Source of the DNA: Phycisphaerales bacterium
Lineage (GTDB): Bacteria; Planctomycetota; Phycisphaerae; UBA1845; Fen-1342
Assembly: GCA_003162245.1 (NCBI GenBank)
Contig: PMMM01000196.1
Span: forward strand, 8,900 to 72,899
DNA: 64,000 bases
Direction of reading: 5' to 3'
Shown here one piece after another: positions 38,317 through 47,538 of this stretch. The translations under genes were made by a program, and so were the position numbers. The notes under the pieces were generated by a model, which ran no database searches, was not told where the DNA came from, and saw nothing but the letters and a program-made list of their open reading frames with translations. Each line of letters starts with the position of its first letter. Positions within the stretch are counted from its first letter, which is position 1.

Positions 38317-39876
38317 CTACTGGCAGGTCGTCCCGATCACCGCCACGAACGGGTCGATGTCGGCGAAGGTGACCGTGCCGCTGTGGTTGCAGTCGGCGTT
38401 GAGCCAGGGGCAGGTCGGGTGGTGCTGGTTCCAGGCCGACTGGCCGCCGAGGGCTTCGACGAAGGGGTCGATGTCGCCAAAGGTGACCCGCCCGTCGCAG
38501 TTCGTGTCGCCGGGGCATGCGGCGTTGTTGATCGTGAACGGCGGCGAGTCGGCGCAGCCGGCATCGGGGAGCGACGGAGTCCCGACTGCACAACGGAAGC
38601 CGGCGGCGACGTAGTTGAGGCCGTCGGGCGTGTAGTAGTTGCGATACGCGGACCAGCACCACTCCGGAGAGTCGTTCCAGCTGCCGCCGCGCAGAATACG
38701 GTAGGTGCCGGACCCGGGCCCGGTGGGGTTCGTTTGTGGTGTGCTGGCATAGGTGTCGTACCAGTCATAGCACCATTCCGACACGTTGCCGGTCATGTCG
38801 TAGCAGCCGTAGTAGCTCTGCGCGTTCTGCGTCGCGTAGCCGCCGTGCGTCATACCGTCGTAGTAGCCGACTGGTGTCGTCGAGGGATAGTCAATTGGCT
38901 CGTACGGATCGCCGCTGTTGCCGTAATTCGCCCGGTCGCCAGCGAGGCAATAGGTCCCGCAGCCGTCGGTGTGTTCGCCGTAGCGGAAATGCCGGTGCTG
39001 CACGGGGTCCCAGGCGGCGGCCTTCTCCCATTCAGCCTCGGTCGGCAAGCGGTAGCCGGCCGCGGCGAAGTTGCAGGCCCAGGTCGACAAGTCGTAGCAC
39101 AGCGGCTTGTCCGCCATCGCGCTGCGCCAGTTGCAGTAAGCGACCGAGCCATACCAGCCCACCGTCAACATGGGGTGGCTCTCCTTGTTCGGGGTCGCGG
39201 CGAATGCGCCCGTGTTAGGATCCCACGTGATCCGGCTGTACGGCGAGTTGGCCACCGTCTTGCAGTAGGGGTAGCTCGTCCCGCTGCCGTACTTGTACAC
39301 CACGCCGTCGATCACCGTGATCAGCCCGCCCTGGGCCCCGGCCCAGTTCAGCGCCGCGGCGTACTGCTCGTTGGTGACCTCGTAGGTGTCGATGCAGTAC
39401 GGGCTGAGATAGACGGTGTGGACGGGCACGGCATCGTACCCGCCGTTCCACGGGTCACCCATCTGGAACGACCCCGCGGCGACGGTCACCATCCCCGGCG
39501 GTGCTGGGACATGTCCATCATCGGCACGGACGCGGACCTTGTAAGCGGAGCCGAAGGCTCCGGGCAGGTCCGTCGCGGAGTTCCAGACGATGAGCTTGTT
39601 AACGCCCGGCGTAATGCCTGTGCCGACCGCCTCGCTGACCGCCGTGATCGGTACGGTCCACGTCGTGCCGCCGTCGTTGCTGGCCTCGAGCGTTACGGTA
39701 CAGGCATCGCCGTCGTCGTCGACGAGGTCATAGCGGATGTCCACGAGCTTCGACTCGTCGGTCCGTTGGCTGGCGGTGACGTTGCTGACGGCCGGCGCGT
39801 GGTTGTCGGCCACGGCCGTGTCGCAAAGGGCCGCCGCGGCCCAGGCCAAAACGAGCACCGCGTACGCTGTTCTCAT
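38317..39876 (-). CDS. Secreted FGE-sulfatase (SUMF1/CLec-fold) domain protein with Ig-like domain and dockerin-like C-terminus
   Basis: FQMGD, YEVTNEQY, YRLPTEAEWEKAA, DMTGNVSEWC, RGGSW..GFRC; GDTNCDG..DIDPFV / DCNHSG..DIDPFV. Confidence 0.88.
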   Translation of the reverse strand: MRTAYAVLVLAWAAAALCDTAVADNHAPAVSNVTASQRTDESKLVDIRYDLVDDDGDACTVTLEASNDGGTTWTVPITAVSEAVGTGITPGVNKLIVWNSATDLPGAFGSAYKVRVRADDGHVPAPPGMVTVAAGSFQMGDPWNGGYDAVPVHTVYLSPYCIDTYEVTNEQYAAALNWAGAQGGLITVIDGVVYKYGSGTSYPYCKTVANSPYSRITWDPNTGAFAATPNKESHPMLTVGWYGSVAYCNWRSAMADKPLCYDLSTWACNFAAAGYRLPTEAEWEKAAAWDPVQHRHFRYGEHTDGCGTYCLAGDRANYGNSGDPYEPIDYPSTTPVGYYDGMTHGGYATQNAQSYYGCYDMTGNVSEWCYDWYDTYASTPQTNPTGPGSGTYRILRGGSWNDSPEWCWSAYRNYYTPDGLNYVAAGFRCAVGTPSLPDAGCADSPPFTINNAACPGDTNCDGRVTFGDIDPFVEALGGQSAWNQHHPTCPWLNADCNHSGTVTFADIDPFVAVIGTTCQ

Positions 39877-40133
39877 GACCACTACTGCTTTCTACCGGTT
39901 GCCCGGCTTCACATGCTTTCCGCAACGTCAGGGACGTGCTGCGGGCGCACGTGACGAGACAGATCACTCTCTTTCTGGGGTGGCTGCCGTGCTTCTTTCC
40001 CCGGCGGGCCGGGCCCCATCCGCCAATCGAACACACAACCGTCGGGTCAGGGACCCAAGCTACCCTCGAAGTGTACCGCGCCCGGCAGCCAAAACGAAAG
40101 GCCATTGTCGGCTCGGGCGCGGTTTCGGCGGGT

Positions 40134-40222
40134 CGCTGGTTGAAGACGGGTGCCACAAACAGAGACACCGGTTGAAAACCGGTGCCACAGGCCGGGAGCA
40201 CCGGTCAAAAACCGGTGCCACA
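40134..40222. repeat. Three tandem 24-bp palindromic REP-like units
   Basis: CACCGGTTGAAAACCGGTGCCACA at 40166, variant at 40199, degenerate copy at 40134; spacers 8-9 nt. Confidence 0.75.
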
Positions 40223-40258
40223 GCACAGGCACCGGGGGGGGGGCGATGCTTCACTCGC

Positions 40259-41104
40259 TCAAGGGAGTGTGCTGGCGAGCCGCGGGCTGGCTGGCGTCGT
40301 GGTCCCCACGGCCAGCTTGGTCAGCTCTTCCTGCGGCATCCGCCCCGCGAGCACATAGCTGACCTTCTGTCGCGTCCAGGACACCAGGCTGACGTCGCCG
40401 TCCGTCCCGTCGTGAAACTCCGACGTGCCGTGCTGACCCCCGGGGCACGGCTTGCCGCCGCAGTTGCACAGCTTGATCGGGCAACTCACGACGAACGCCG
40501 ACACCACGTCATTCGGGTCGTCGCTGCCGCGGAAATAGACGTGCAACACGCGCGCCCCGCATTTCTTGCACTCCGGCGGTCCGCACCAGCACGCCCCGTC
40601 CAGCCGGTATCCATGCGACGTGATATCCGGCAGACCTGCGGCCAGCGGCGTCTCGGCCTGCAACTCGGCGAGCGTCTTGCAGCCCGTGTTGCGGCGCACC
40701 GTCAGGCCGTCGTGGCGGTGCTCGACAGCGCAATGGCGGTACACGTTCGCGAAGCCCGACACCGGCACGTTTGGCGCGGCCTGTCCGCTCCCGGGCCAGA
40801 CAAACAGCGCCAGGACAACCGCGGCGGCGACTGCCAACCCCGGCAATCCAAAATAATACAGCCGGCGGCTGCGCACGCGGCGCGAAGCCCGCAAGTTCGT
40901 CCGAATGCGGGCCTCAAGGCCGCGCGGGACGGGCTCCGACACGAGCGCACGCTGCGCACACTGTCGCAGCGCCTGCCAGCGGGCGACGTCCTCGCGGCCA
41001 CTGGCGTCTTGCGCCAGATGGGCGTCGATCTCGGCCCGCTGAGCGGGGTCGAGTTCCCCGTCGGCGTATTCGGCCAGGTGTTTTCGCATCTCGAACGGGT
41101 TCAT
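40259..41104 (-). CDS. Transmembrane anti-sigma factor with Cys-rich extracytoplasmic domain
   Basis: LAEYADGEL..HL anti-sigma N-terminus, single TM; overlaps the ECF sigma stop. Confidence 0.8.
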   Translation of the reverse strand: MNPFEMRKHLAEYADGELDPAQRAEIDAHLAQDASGREDVARWQALRQCAQRALVSEPVPRGLEARIRTNLRASRRVRSRRLYYFGLPGLAVAAAVVLALFVWPGSGQAAPNVPVSGFANVYRHCAVEHRHDGLTVRRNTGCKTLAELQAETPLAAGLPDITSHGYRLDGACWCGPPECKKCGARVLHVYFRGSDDPNDVVSAFVVSCPIKLCNCGGKPCPGGQHGTSEFHDGTDGDVSLVSWTRQKVSYVLAGRMPQEELTKLAVGTTTPASPRLASTLP

Positions 41105-41655
41105 TTCTGCGTCTTCACGCCCGGGAGCCGCTGCTCACGGGCAAAATCGTGCAGCGTGCGCGCCAGTTGCTGCCGCGCGCGGTGCAGCCGGCTCATGACC
41201 GTGCCGATGGGCACGTCGAGCGCGTCCGCGATCTCCCGATAACTGAACTCCATCGTGGCCCACAGCAGCAGCACGGTGCGGAACTCCGGGGCAAGCTGGT
41301 CCAGGGCCTGCTTGACCTCCTGGTCCAGATGTTCGTAATCCAGGTCGGGCGGACCAGTATCGGTGTCGTCGGCCTGGGTCTCGTCCAGCGTCTGCGGGTC
41401 GGTCGCCCGCGGTGCCCTCTTCGCACGCTGCTGGCGGTTCAAGAACGTGTTGGTCAGAATCTTTAGTAGCCACGGCTTGATACCAAACTCGCGGACCTGA
41501 AAGCGGTCAAAGGCGGCATACGCCTTGAGGAACGTCTCCTGGACGAGGTCCTCGGCGTCCTGCTCGTGGCGCGCCAGGCGCCGCGCGACCCGGTAAACGG
41601 TGTCCAGGTGGGGGAGCGCCAGGGCCTCAAATGACTGCTCGTCTGCGCTGCCCAT
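41101..41655 (-). CDS. ECF RNA polymerase sigma factor
   Basis: DAEDLVQETFLKAY, WLLKILTN, SYREIADALDVPIGTVMSRLHRAR. Confidence 0.93.
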   Translation of the reverse strand: MGSADEQSFEALALPHLDTVYRVARRLARHEQDAEDLVQETFLKAYAAFDRFQVREFGIKPWLLKILTNTFLNRQQRAKRAPRATDPQTLDETQADDTDTGPPDLDYEHLDQEVKQALDQLAPEFRTVLLLWATMEFSYREIADALDVPIGTVMSRLHRARQQLARTLHDFAREQRLPGVKTQK

Positions 41656-41853
41656 TCCGCGTCGCCGCCGTCCGCCAGCAGCGTCCATTGGTTAGAACCA
41701 TTCGGGGAGCGAGACAATTCCCGCGCACTCCCGTCGCGCGGACATTATCGGTACGCGGCTGGCGGCCGGCCAGTCCGGCGCAGTACAATTCGGCGCGTTC
41801 AGATCAGGGCATGTTGCCAGGGAGGGCAAGCAATATATGGAAGAGGGTGCGCT

Positions 41854-42819
41854 ATGGCGTGGCAACGCTGCGGCGGGCTCGGGGGCCTAGTCATTGTGGC
41901 CGTACTGGCGGGGCCGGGAATCGTCGCCGCGCGGGAGCCGGCGGGGACTTCGTTCCTGGCGGGCGACGGCGTGCGGATCAGCGCGGACTACTATGCGCCG
42001 GCCGAGGGACGGCCCGGCGACGTGCCGGTGGTCATGCTGGTGCACACGCACCGCAGCGACCGGAAGGCCTGGGAGCCGCTGATCGTGCCACTGCGCGAGG
42101 CGGGGTTTGCGGTGCTGGCGCTGGACCTGCGCGGCCACGGAGAGAGTGCGACCACGGAGACGCGGCAGCGGGCGATCGATGGCGATTGGAAGCTGTTCAA
42201 AGAGATGCAGGAGGACCTGCGCGGGGCCTACGACTGGCTGGCCAAGCAGCCGCACGTGGACCGGGCACGGTTTGCGGTGGTTGGGGCCAGCGCGGGCGCC
42301 AGCGTGGCTTTGCAATACGCGGTCAAGGACCGCAGCGTCGATGCGGTCGTCTGCCTGTCGCCCGGGTTGAACGACTTCGGGATGGATGCGGCGGGCGACA
42401 TCGGCCAGATCACGGGGCGGCGAATCCTGGTGCTCGCGACGGAGGACCAACGGGATGCGCCCTACACGCTCGAGAAGCGCGGGGCCGGCGTCGAGGTCAA
42501 GGTCTACCGGGAAGGGCCGGTGCACGGCACCGACATGCTCGACGCCGTGCCGCAGGCCGCGCGGGACATCGTGGCGTTTCTGAAGAGCGCGGTGGGCGAT
42601 CGGACGGACACGGTCGTATACGGCAGCATCAACAGCGACGTGTACCACGAGCGGGATTCGGCCTGGGTGAAGCAGATTTCGCCGACCAATCTGCGTTACT
42701 ATTCATCGCCCCGCGAGGCCGAATCGCGCGGCTTGCGGGCTGCGCGGTCGAAGGGGCCGGGGAAGACCAACGCGGACGATGGCGAGCAGAGTGGCAGTCG
42801 CCGGCGCCGCCGGCCGTGA
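41854..42819 (+). CDS. Secreted alpha/beta hydrolase with C-terminal Ada-metal-binding-like domain
   Basis: DLRGHGES, nucleophile GASAG, HGT; tail GSINSDVYH..EAESRGLRA. Confidence 0.8.
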   Translation: MAWQRCGGLGGLVIVAVLAGPGIVAAREPAGTSFLAGDGVRISADYYAPAEGRPGDVPVVMLVHTHRSDRKAWEPLIVPLREAGFAVLALDLRGHGESATTETRQRAIDGDWKLFKEMQEDLRGAYDWLAKQPHVDRARFAVVGASAGASVALQYAVKDRSVDAVVCLSPGLNDFGMDAAGDIGQITGRRILVLATEDQRDAPYTLEKRGAGVEVKVYREGPVHGTDMLDAVPQAARDIVAFLKSAVGDRTDTVVYGSINSDVYHERDSAWVKQISPTNLRYYSSPREAESRGLRAARSKGPGKTNADDGEQSGSRRRRRP

Positions 42820-42980
42820 GAAAAACTACCAAGACGCCAAGGCACACAGAAGGGGCGGGTAGCAGGCGATTCGTGACCGCTGTGCCTGGCGGGGGCGTTT
42901 TTTCTGCTTGGTGACTGCGCGCGTTGGTGGTCAAATGGGTGGTTTAACGCGCGCGGGCGCGGGCAAAGTTGAGGCGACCG

Positions 42981-44432
42981 ATGTGGATTCCGTCCCTGGC
43001 GACGATGGCGGCGATGCTGTTCCTGGCGACCGGCGAGGAGCCCGAGAACCCCTGGAAGGAAAAGGTCGAGACGGCGGTGCGGCACGCGGAGGCCGACCCG
43101 ACGACCGCGGCGTTGCGCGCAGCGCTCGATACGTGCTGGCGGGCCGACGATTGGGCGGCGGGGATGCGGCTGGCCGAGCGTGTGCGCGAGAAGCACCCGG
43201 ACGATGGTGAGCTGCGCGGCCTGGCGGCACGGGCGCTCTGGCGCGGCGGGCGACTGGCGGACGCGGAGCGGCTGGCGGAGCGTCTTCCGCTGCGGACCGC
43301 CGACACGGTCGGATGCCGGCTGCAAATCGCGATCCACCTGTCGCGGGGCGAACAGGCGGAAGCGGAAGAGTGGGCCCAGCGGTTGGAGCGGCTCGGCCCC
43401 AAGACGGCCGACGATTACTACCACGTGTTCGCGGTGCGCTTCTCCGCGGGCAAGCTGGCCGGGCTGGCCGACCTCGTGCGCAAGGCCGAGCGGCTGGCGA
43501 GCCCGAAGAATGGATACCCGGAGACCTGTTTGCCGGAGTCGATCGAGGGCGTCGCTGCCTTTCTGGACGCCGTCGGCCCGCAGCCGCTGAATCAGATCGC
43601 GCAATACGGCGCGGCCCCGCTCACGCCGCTGGTTTTGTTTAACCTGCCGGCGTGCGACGTGCTGATCGACGGCCACGGGCCGTACCGGATGGTCGTGGAC
43701 ACCGGCGGCAGCATCATGGTGGCGCTGGACCAGACGCTGGCCGATGAGCTCGGGCTCAAGTCCGTCGCGCAAGCGTCGGTGCGCGGCGTGTCCGGAAAGC
43801 AGGCGACCGGCCAGGTAGTCGTCGACGAATTGCGGATCGGCACGATCGTGGCCCGGCGCGTCATGACGCGGACGTTCGACGTGCGCGGCGCGATCATGAA
43901 CGCGGCGGACGGGATCATCGGCACCGGTATTTTCGCGCAGGGGCGGATGACGCTGGATTGGGCCGGGGGGCAACTGCTTATCTCGCGGTCGCGGGACGAG
44001 GCGGGCGCCGGGACCGCGGCCGAACTGCGGCTGGTGGGCGATGCGAAGCTCATCGTGCCGGCACTGCTCGAGGGCGGGCCGGCCGTCAGCCTGCTGGACA
44101 CGGGGGCGGACGTCGTCGCGCTCGCCCCGTCGTGCCTGCGTCGCCTGTTCCCAGACCACGAAGTCAGAACGTTCAACGCCGGCGTGGGCGTCGGCGTGGG
44201 GGCCGGCCAGCAGACCGAAATATCGCTCGGTTCGGGGGCGCGGCTGGTCCTGGCCGGACGGACATTCGAGAACTACGGGGGGCTGGGGCTGGACGCGCTG
44301 GACAAGACGCTCAGCCCGTTGTTGGGGGTGCAGATCGACGCGTTGCTGGGCATGCCGATGTTCCGCCAGATGAAGTCGGCGACGGTCGACTTCCCGAAGT
44401 GCAAGATGTGGGTGGAGTGGCTCGAGCGGTAG
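42981..44432 (+). CDS. Secreted TPR-like protein with two retropepsin-like aspartyl protease domains
   Basis: VVDTGGS..DGIIG and LLDTGAD..DALLG motif pairs; helical N-terminus. Confidence 0.8.
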   Translation: MWIPSLATMAAMLFLATGEEPENPWKEKVETAVRHAEADPTTAALRAALDTCWRADDWAAGMRLAERVREKHPDDGELRGLAARALWRGGRLADAERLAERLPLRTADTVGCRLQIAIHLSRGEQAEAEEWAQRLERLGPKTADDYYHVFAVRFSAGKLAGLADLVRKAERLASPKNGYPETCLPESIEGVAAFLDAVGPQPLNQIAQYGAAPLTPLVLFNLPACDVLIDGHGPYRMVVDTGGSIMVALDQTLADELGLKSVAQASVRGVSGKQATGQVVVDELRIGTIVARRVMTRTFDVRGAIMNAADGIIGTGIFAQGRMTLDWAGGQLLISRSRDEAGAGTAAELRLVGDAKLIVPALLEGGPAVSLLDTGADVVALAPSCLRRLFPDHEVRTFNAGVGVGVGAGQQTEISLGSGARLVLAGRTFENYGGLGLDALDKTLSPLLGVQIDALLGMPMFRQMKSATVDFPKCKMWVEWLER

Positions 44433-44445
44433 CCGGCAGGTTTCG

Positions 44446-44480
44446 GCTCTCACCTCTTCGCTCTCAGGTCTCAGCTCTTA
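44446..44480. repeat. Five degenerate tandem 7-mers (GCTCTCA)
   Basis: gctctca cctcttc gctctca ggtctca gctctta. Confidence 0.6.
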
Positions 44481-44999
44481 GCAATCAGGCTACTTCCGTT
44501 GGCGGTGCTGAAGTCCGTGCGGGCAGGGTCTTGCTGCAAAGTCCGAGTAAGTAGCAGGTGTCCTCTGGTGGCCGGCGGCGCGGCTGCCAGCTTGCCGCGA
44601 CCGGGGCGGGGGAGCGCTTGCCGGCGGGGGGGTTTATTTCGCACTCTTTGCTAAGCAGCACGCCGTGTGGTCGCGCGATGCGGCGTGCGGCGTGTTGTTC
44701 TCGGGCGTCGGACTTGTGGCGGCGTTCGGGGCCGCGCGGGACGGCGGATCGAAGCGTCGAGGCAGCGGGCCAGCACAGTTGTTACTGGCCGGCGCCGCGG
44801 GAGGTCGGAGAAGAACGGCCGTCCGGCGAGCGAGCGCGGGTTCTGTCGTGGGGCCTCGGAAACCGGGTCGCTCGCGGGCCTAGGGTTTGGTAGTCCATCG
44901 AGGGAACGCCAGGTTCGACCCGCCTCTCCGCCGTGGATCTCGCCAGAGAAATGGAACCTCGCCGATTGGCGCCGCAGGGCGCACGGAAAGGAACTCAAG

Positions 45000-45917
45000 A
45001 TGCGTACGAACCTACTCGTGGCGGTGTTCTTCGCGGCTGCGGTGAGCGTGGCGCGGGCGGATCTCACGCAGTCCTTTCAGAACTTCGACAGCGTCTGGGA
45101 AATCGGGTCTTCCGGCCTCCAGTCGTCCTACTTCGGTGACACGAAGCTCGGCCAGCCCGTGACCGGCGCGACCACCGGCAACCTGCTCGAAACGCTCGGA
45201 CCCGCGCGGGTGTCGTACGGCTCCGGCGTCGGCCCGGTCCCGAGTCCCGGCGGCTCGCTCGGACAGCAGTTCGACCAGGGCGTGCTCGGGCTCCGCACGG
45301 ACGGCAACAAGCTGGTGCTGCAACTGGCCACGGCGTTGAATCCGCTCACGGGTTACTACTACGACGGCTACAACAGTTGGTACGACCAGGGCGATCTGTT
45401 CGTGGACGTCGCGGACGACGCCGGCCTGCGCCACTTCGCATTGTTGAATGCCTGGGGCCGCGATTCGGACAGCAGCCCGATCTCGCTGAACGGCGGGCAC
45501 TTCTCCGCGGCGCAGACGTTCCACCTCAGCGGCGGGGCGGGCGGCAGCAGCCTCGAGGGGCATCTGGTGCAACTCAGCACGAACAACCAGGTGACGATGA
45601 CCGGTGGGACGGGCGCGTACGACGGCAGTAACGCTCCCACCGGGCTCGATCTGCGTACCTACGCCTCGGGCGGCGTCGATCTGGGCTCCGCCAGCCTGCT
45701 GAACGCCGCGACGACGTACTCGGGGCACACGTGGTACCTCCAAACGTGGACGTTTGACCGGAGCGAGCTGTCGACGGCCAGCGTTTTCGACATCGGTCTG
45801 CACGCGGCAGCCAGTTGCGGCAACGATCAGATCGGGGCGCGCTACACCGTGCCCGAGCCGGCGTCGTTGCTGCTGGGAATCCTCGGCGCCTTCCTGCTGC
45901 GTAAGCCCTACGCGTAG
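45000..45917 (+). CDS. PEP-CTERM sorting-domain surface protein
   Basis: Signal peptide ending ARA; SCGND motif; VPEPASLLLGILGAFLLRK. Confidence 0.88.
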   Translation: MRTNLLVAVFFAAAVSVARADLTQSFQNFDSVWEIGSSGLQSSYFGDTKLGQPVTGATTGNLLETLGPARVSYGSGVGPVPSPGGSLGQQFDQGVLGLRTDGNKLVLQLATALNPLTGYYYDGYNSWYDQGDLFVDVADDAGLRHFALLNAWGRDSDSSPISLNGGHFSAAQTFHLSGGAGGSSLEGHLVQLSTNNQVTMTGGTGAYDGSNAPTGLDLRTYASGGVDLGSASLLNAATTYSGHTWYLQTWTFDRSELSTASVFDIGLHAAASCGNDQIGARYTVPEPASLLLGILGAFLLRKPYA

Positions 45918-45946
45918 CCGCTCGTTTACGGACCTGACAGACGAAT

Positions 45947-45980
45947 CCGCGGGCCGGCGAAGTCCTTCGCCGGCCCGCGG
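45947..45980 (+). terminator. Strong stem-loop downstream of PEP-CTERM gene
   Basis: 15-bp perfect stem CCGCGGGCCGGCGAA/TTCGCCGGCCCGCGG with 4-nt loop; no U tract. Confidence 0.5.
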
Positions 45981-46120
45981 TGTAACTGCTGGAAACGACG
46001 GGCGGCCCGAACATACTTGCCGAGAGTGCTGCGCGCCTGAGACCGACCCGGGCCCGACGAGCGTTTGCGGCGCCCCGGGCGACTCCCTACCATGCCCGGA
46101 TTCTGAGCGGAGGCAGGTCT

Positions 46121-47518
46121 ATGGCCGAGATTCTGTTTCACGGCGCGGCGGGGGAGGTCACCGGGTCGATGCACATGGTGCACGTCGACGGCCAATGGGT
46201 CGCGCTGGACTGCGGGCTGTACCAGGGCCGGCGCGCGGAGGCGGAAGAGAAGAACCGCGCGTGGCCGATGCCGGCCAAGGAGATCGCCGCCGTCGTGCTG
46301 TCCCATGCCCACATCGACCATTCCGGGCGGTTGCCGTTGCTGGTCAAGGAGGGCTTTGAGGGGCCGATCTACGCGACGCCGGCGACGCGCGACCTGTGCG
46401 CGATCATGCTGCCGGACTCGGCGCACGTGCAGGAGGAAGACGTTTACTACGTGAGCAAGCGGCGGAAGCGCAAGGGGTTGCCGCCGATCGAGCCGCTGTA
46501 CACGTATGACGACGCGCTGGCGGCGGTGCGTCACATCCAGAGCATCTCGTACGGCCGGTTTTTTCCGGTGGTGCCGGGGCTGCTGGCGTCCTTTACCGAG
46601 GTCGGGCACATGCTCGGGTCGGCGGGAATCCGGCTGGCGTTCGCCAAGCGCAACGGCCACACGCCCTCGCTGTTTTTCAGCGGCGACGTGGGGCGCCCGG
46701 ACCAGCCGATCATTCGCGACCCGGCGCCGCTGCCGGACGACGAGACGATCGTGTGCGAGAGCACGTACGGCGCGCGGCTGCACGAGCCGGTGGAAGAGGC
46801 GCGGACGGCGCTGCGCGACGTCGTGACCCGCACGGTGGCGCGCGGGGGCAAGGTTATCATCCCGTCGTTCGCCGTCGGGCGCACGCAGACGATCGTGTAC
46901 TTCCTGCACGAGGAGCAGGTGGCGGGCGGGATTCCGCGCGTGCCGGTGTACGTCGACAGCCCGCTGGCGGTCAATGCAACCGAGGTGTTCAAGCTGCATC
47001 CGGAGTGCTATGACGCCGAGGCGCGGGCCTTTCACCAGGTCACCGGGGACATTCTGGGCAGCGGCTGCTGCACGTACATCCGGACGCTGGAGGAGAGCAA
47101 GGCGCTGCACGATCGGCGCGAACCGTGCATCATCATTTCCGCCAGCGGGATGTGCGAAGCGGGCCGCATCCGGCACCACCTCAAGAACAACATCGAGAAC
47201 CCGAAGAACACGATTCTCATCGCCGGGTATCAGGCCCAGAACACGCTCGGGCGGCGGATCGCGGACGGCGTCAAGAGAATCACGCTCTTCCACGAGGAAT
47301 ACAGCGTGCGGGCGGAGGTCGTGCAGATTCACGGCTTCAGCGGGCATGCCGACCAGCGCGAGCTGCTGGCGCTGCTCACGCCGCGGTTTGCGACGGCCAA
47401 GCGCCTGCTGCTCGTGCACGGCGAGCCGGAACAGACCGCCGCGTTGGCGGAGAAGGCGCGCGGGCTCGGGGCGCGCGAGGTGGTGATCGGCGTCCGCGGC
47501 CAGCACGTGGCGTTGTGA
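46121..47518 (+). CDS. MBL-fold beta-CASP ribonuclease (YSH1/TTHA0252-like)
   Basis: GAAGEVTGS, SHAHIDHSG, GHMLGS, ESTYG, FAVGRTQ, FSGHAD, VHGE. Confidence 0.92.
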   Translation: MAEILFHGAAGEVTGSMHMVHVDGQWVALDCGLYQGRRAEAEEKNRAWPMPAKEIAAVVLSHAHIDHSGRLPLLVKEGFEGPIYATPATRDLCAIMLPDSAHVQEEDVYYVSKRRKRKGLPPIEPLYTYDDALAAVRHIQSISYGRFFPVVPGLLASFTEVGHMLGSAGIRLAFAKRNGHTPSLFFSGDVGRPDQPIIRDPAPLPDDETIVCESTYGARLHEPVEEARTALRDVVTRTVARGGKVIIPSFAVGRTQTIVYFLHEEQVAGGIPRVPVYVDSPLAVNATEVFKLHPECYDAEARAFHQVTGDILGSGCCTYIRTLEESKALHDRREPCIIISASGMCEAGRIRHHLKNNIENPKNTILIAGYQAQNTLGRRIADGVKRITLFHEEYSVRAEVVQIHGFSGHADQRELLALLTPRFATAKRLLLVHGEPEQTAALAEKARGLGAREVVIGVRGQHVAL

Positions 47519-47538
47519 CGGACTGACACCGGCCGGCT

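Noticed and set aside
38317..39876. Complete DGR in this window
   Set aside because: No reverse transcriptase, Avd or template repeat seen; kept only as a possible remote target
40134..40243. Possible mini-CRISPR array
   Set aside because: Spacers are only 8-9 nt, there are three units, and no cas genes; fits REP-like repeats
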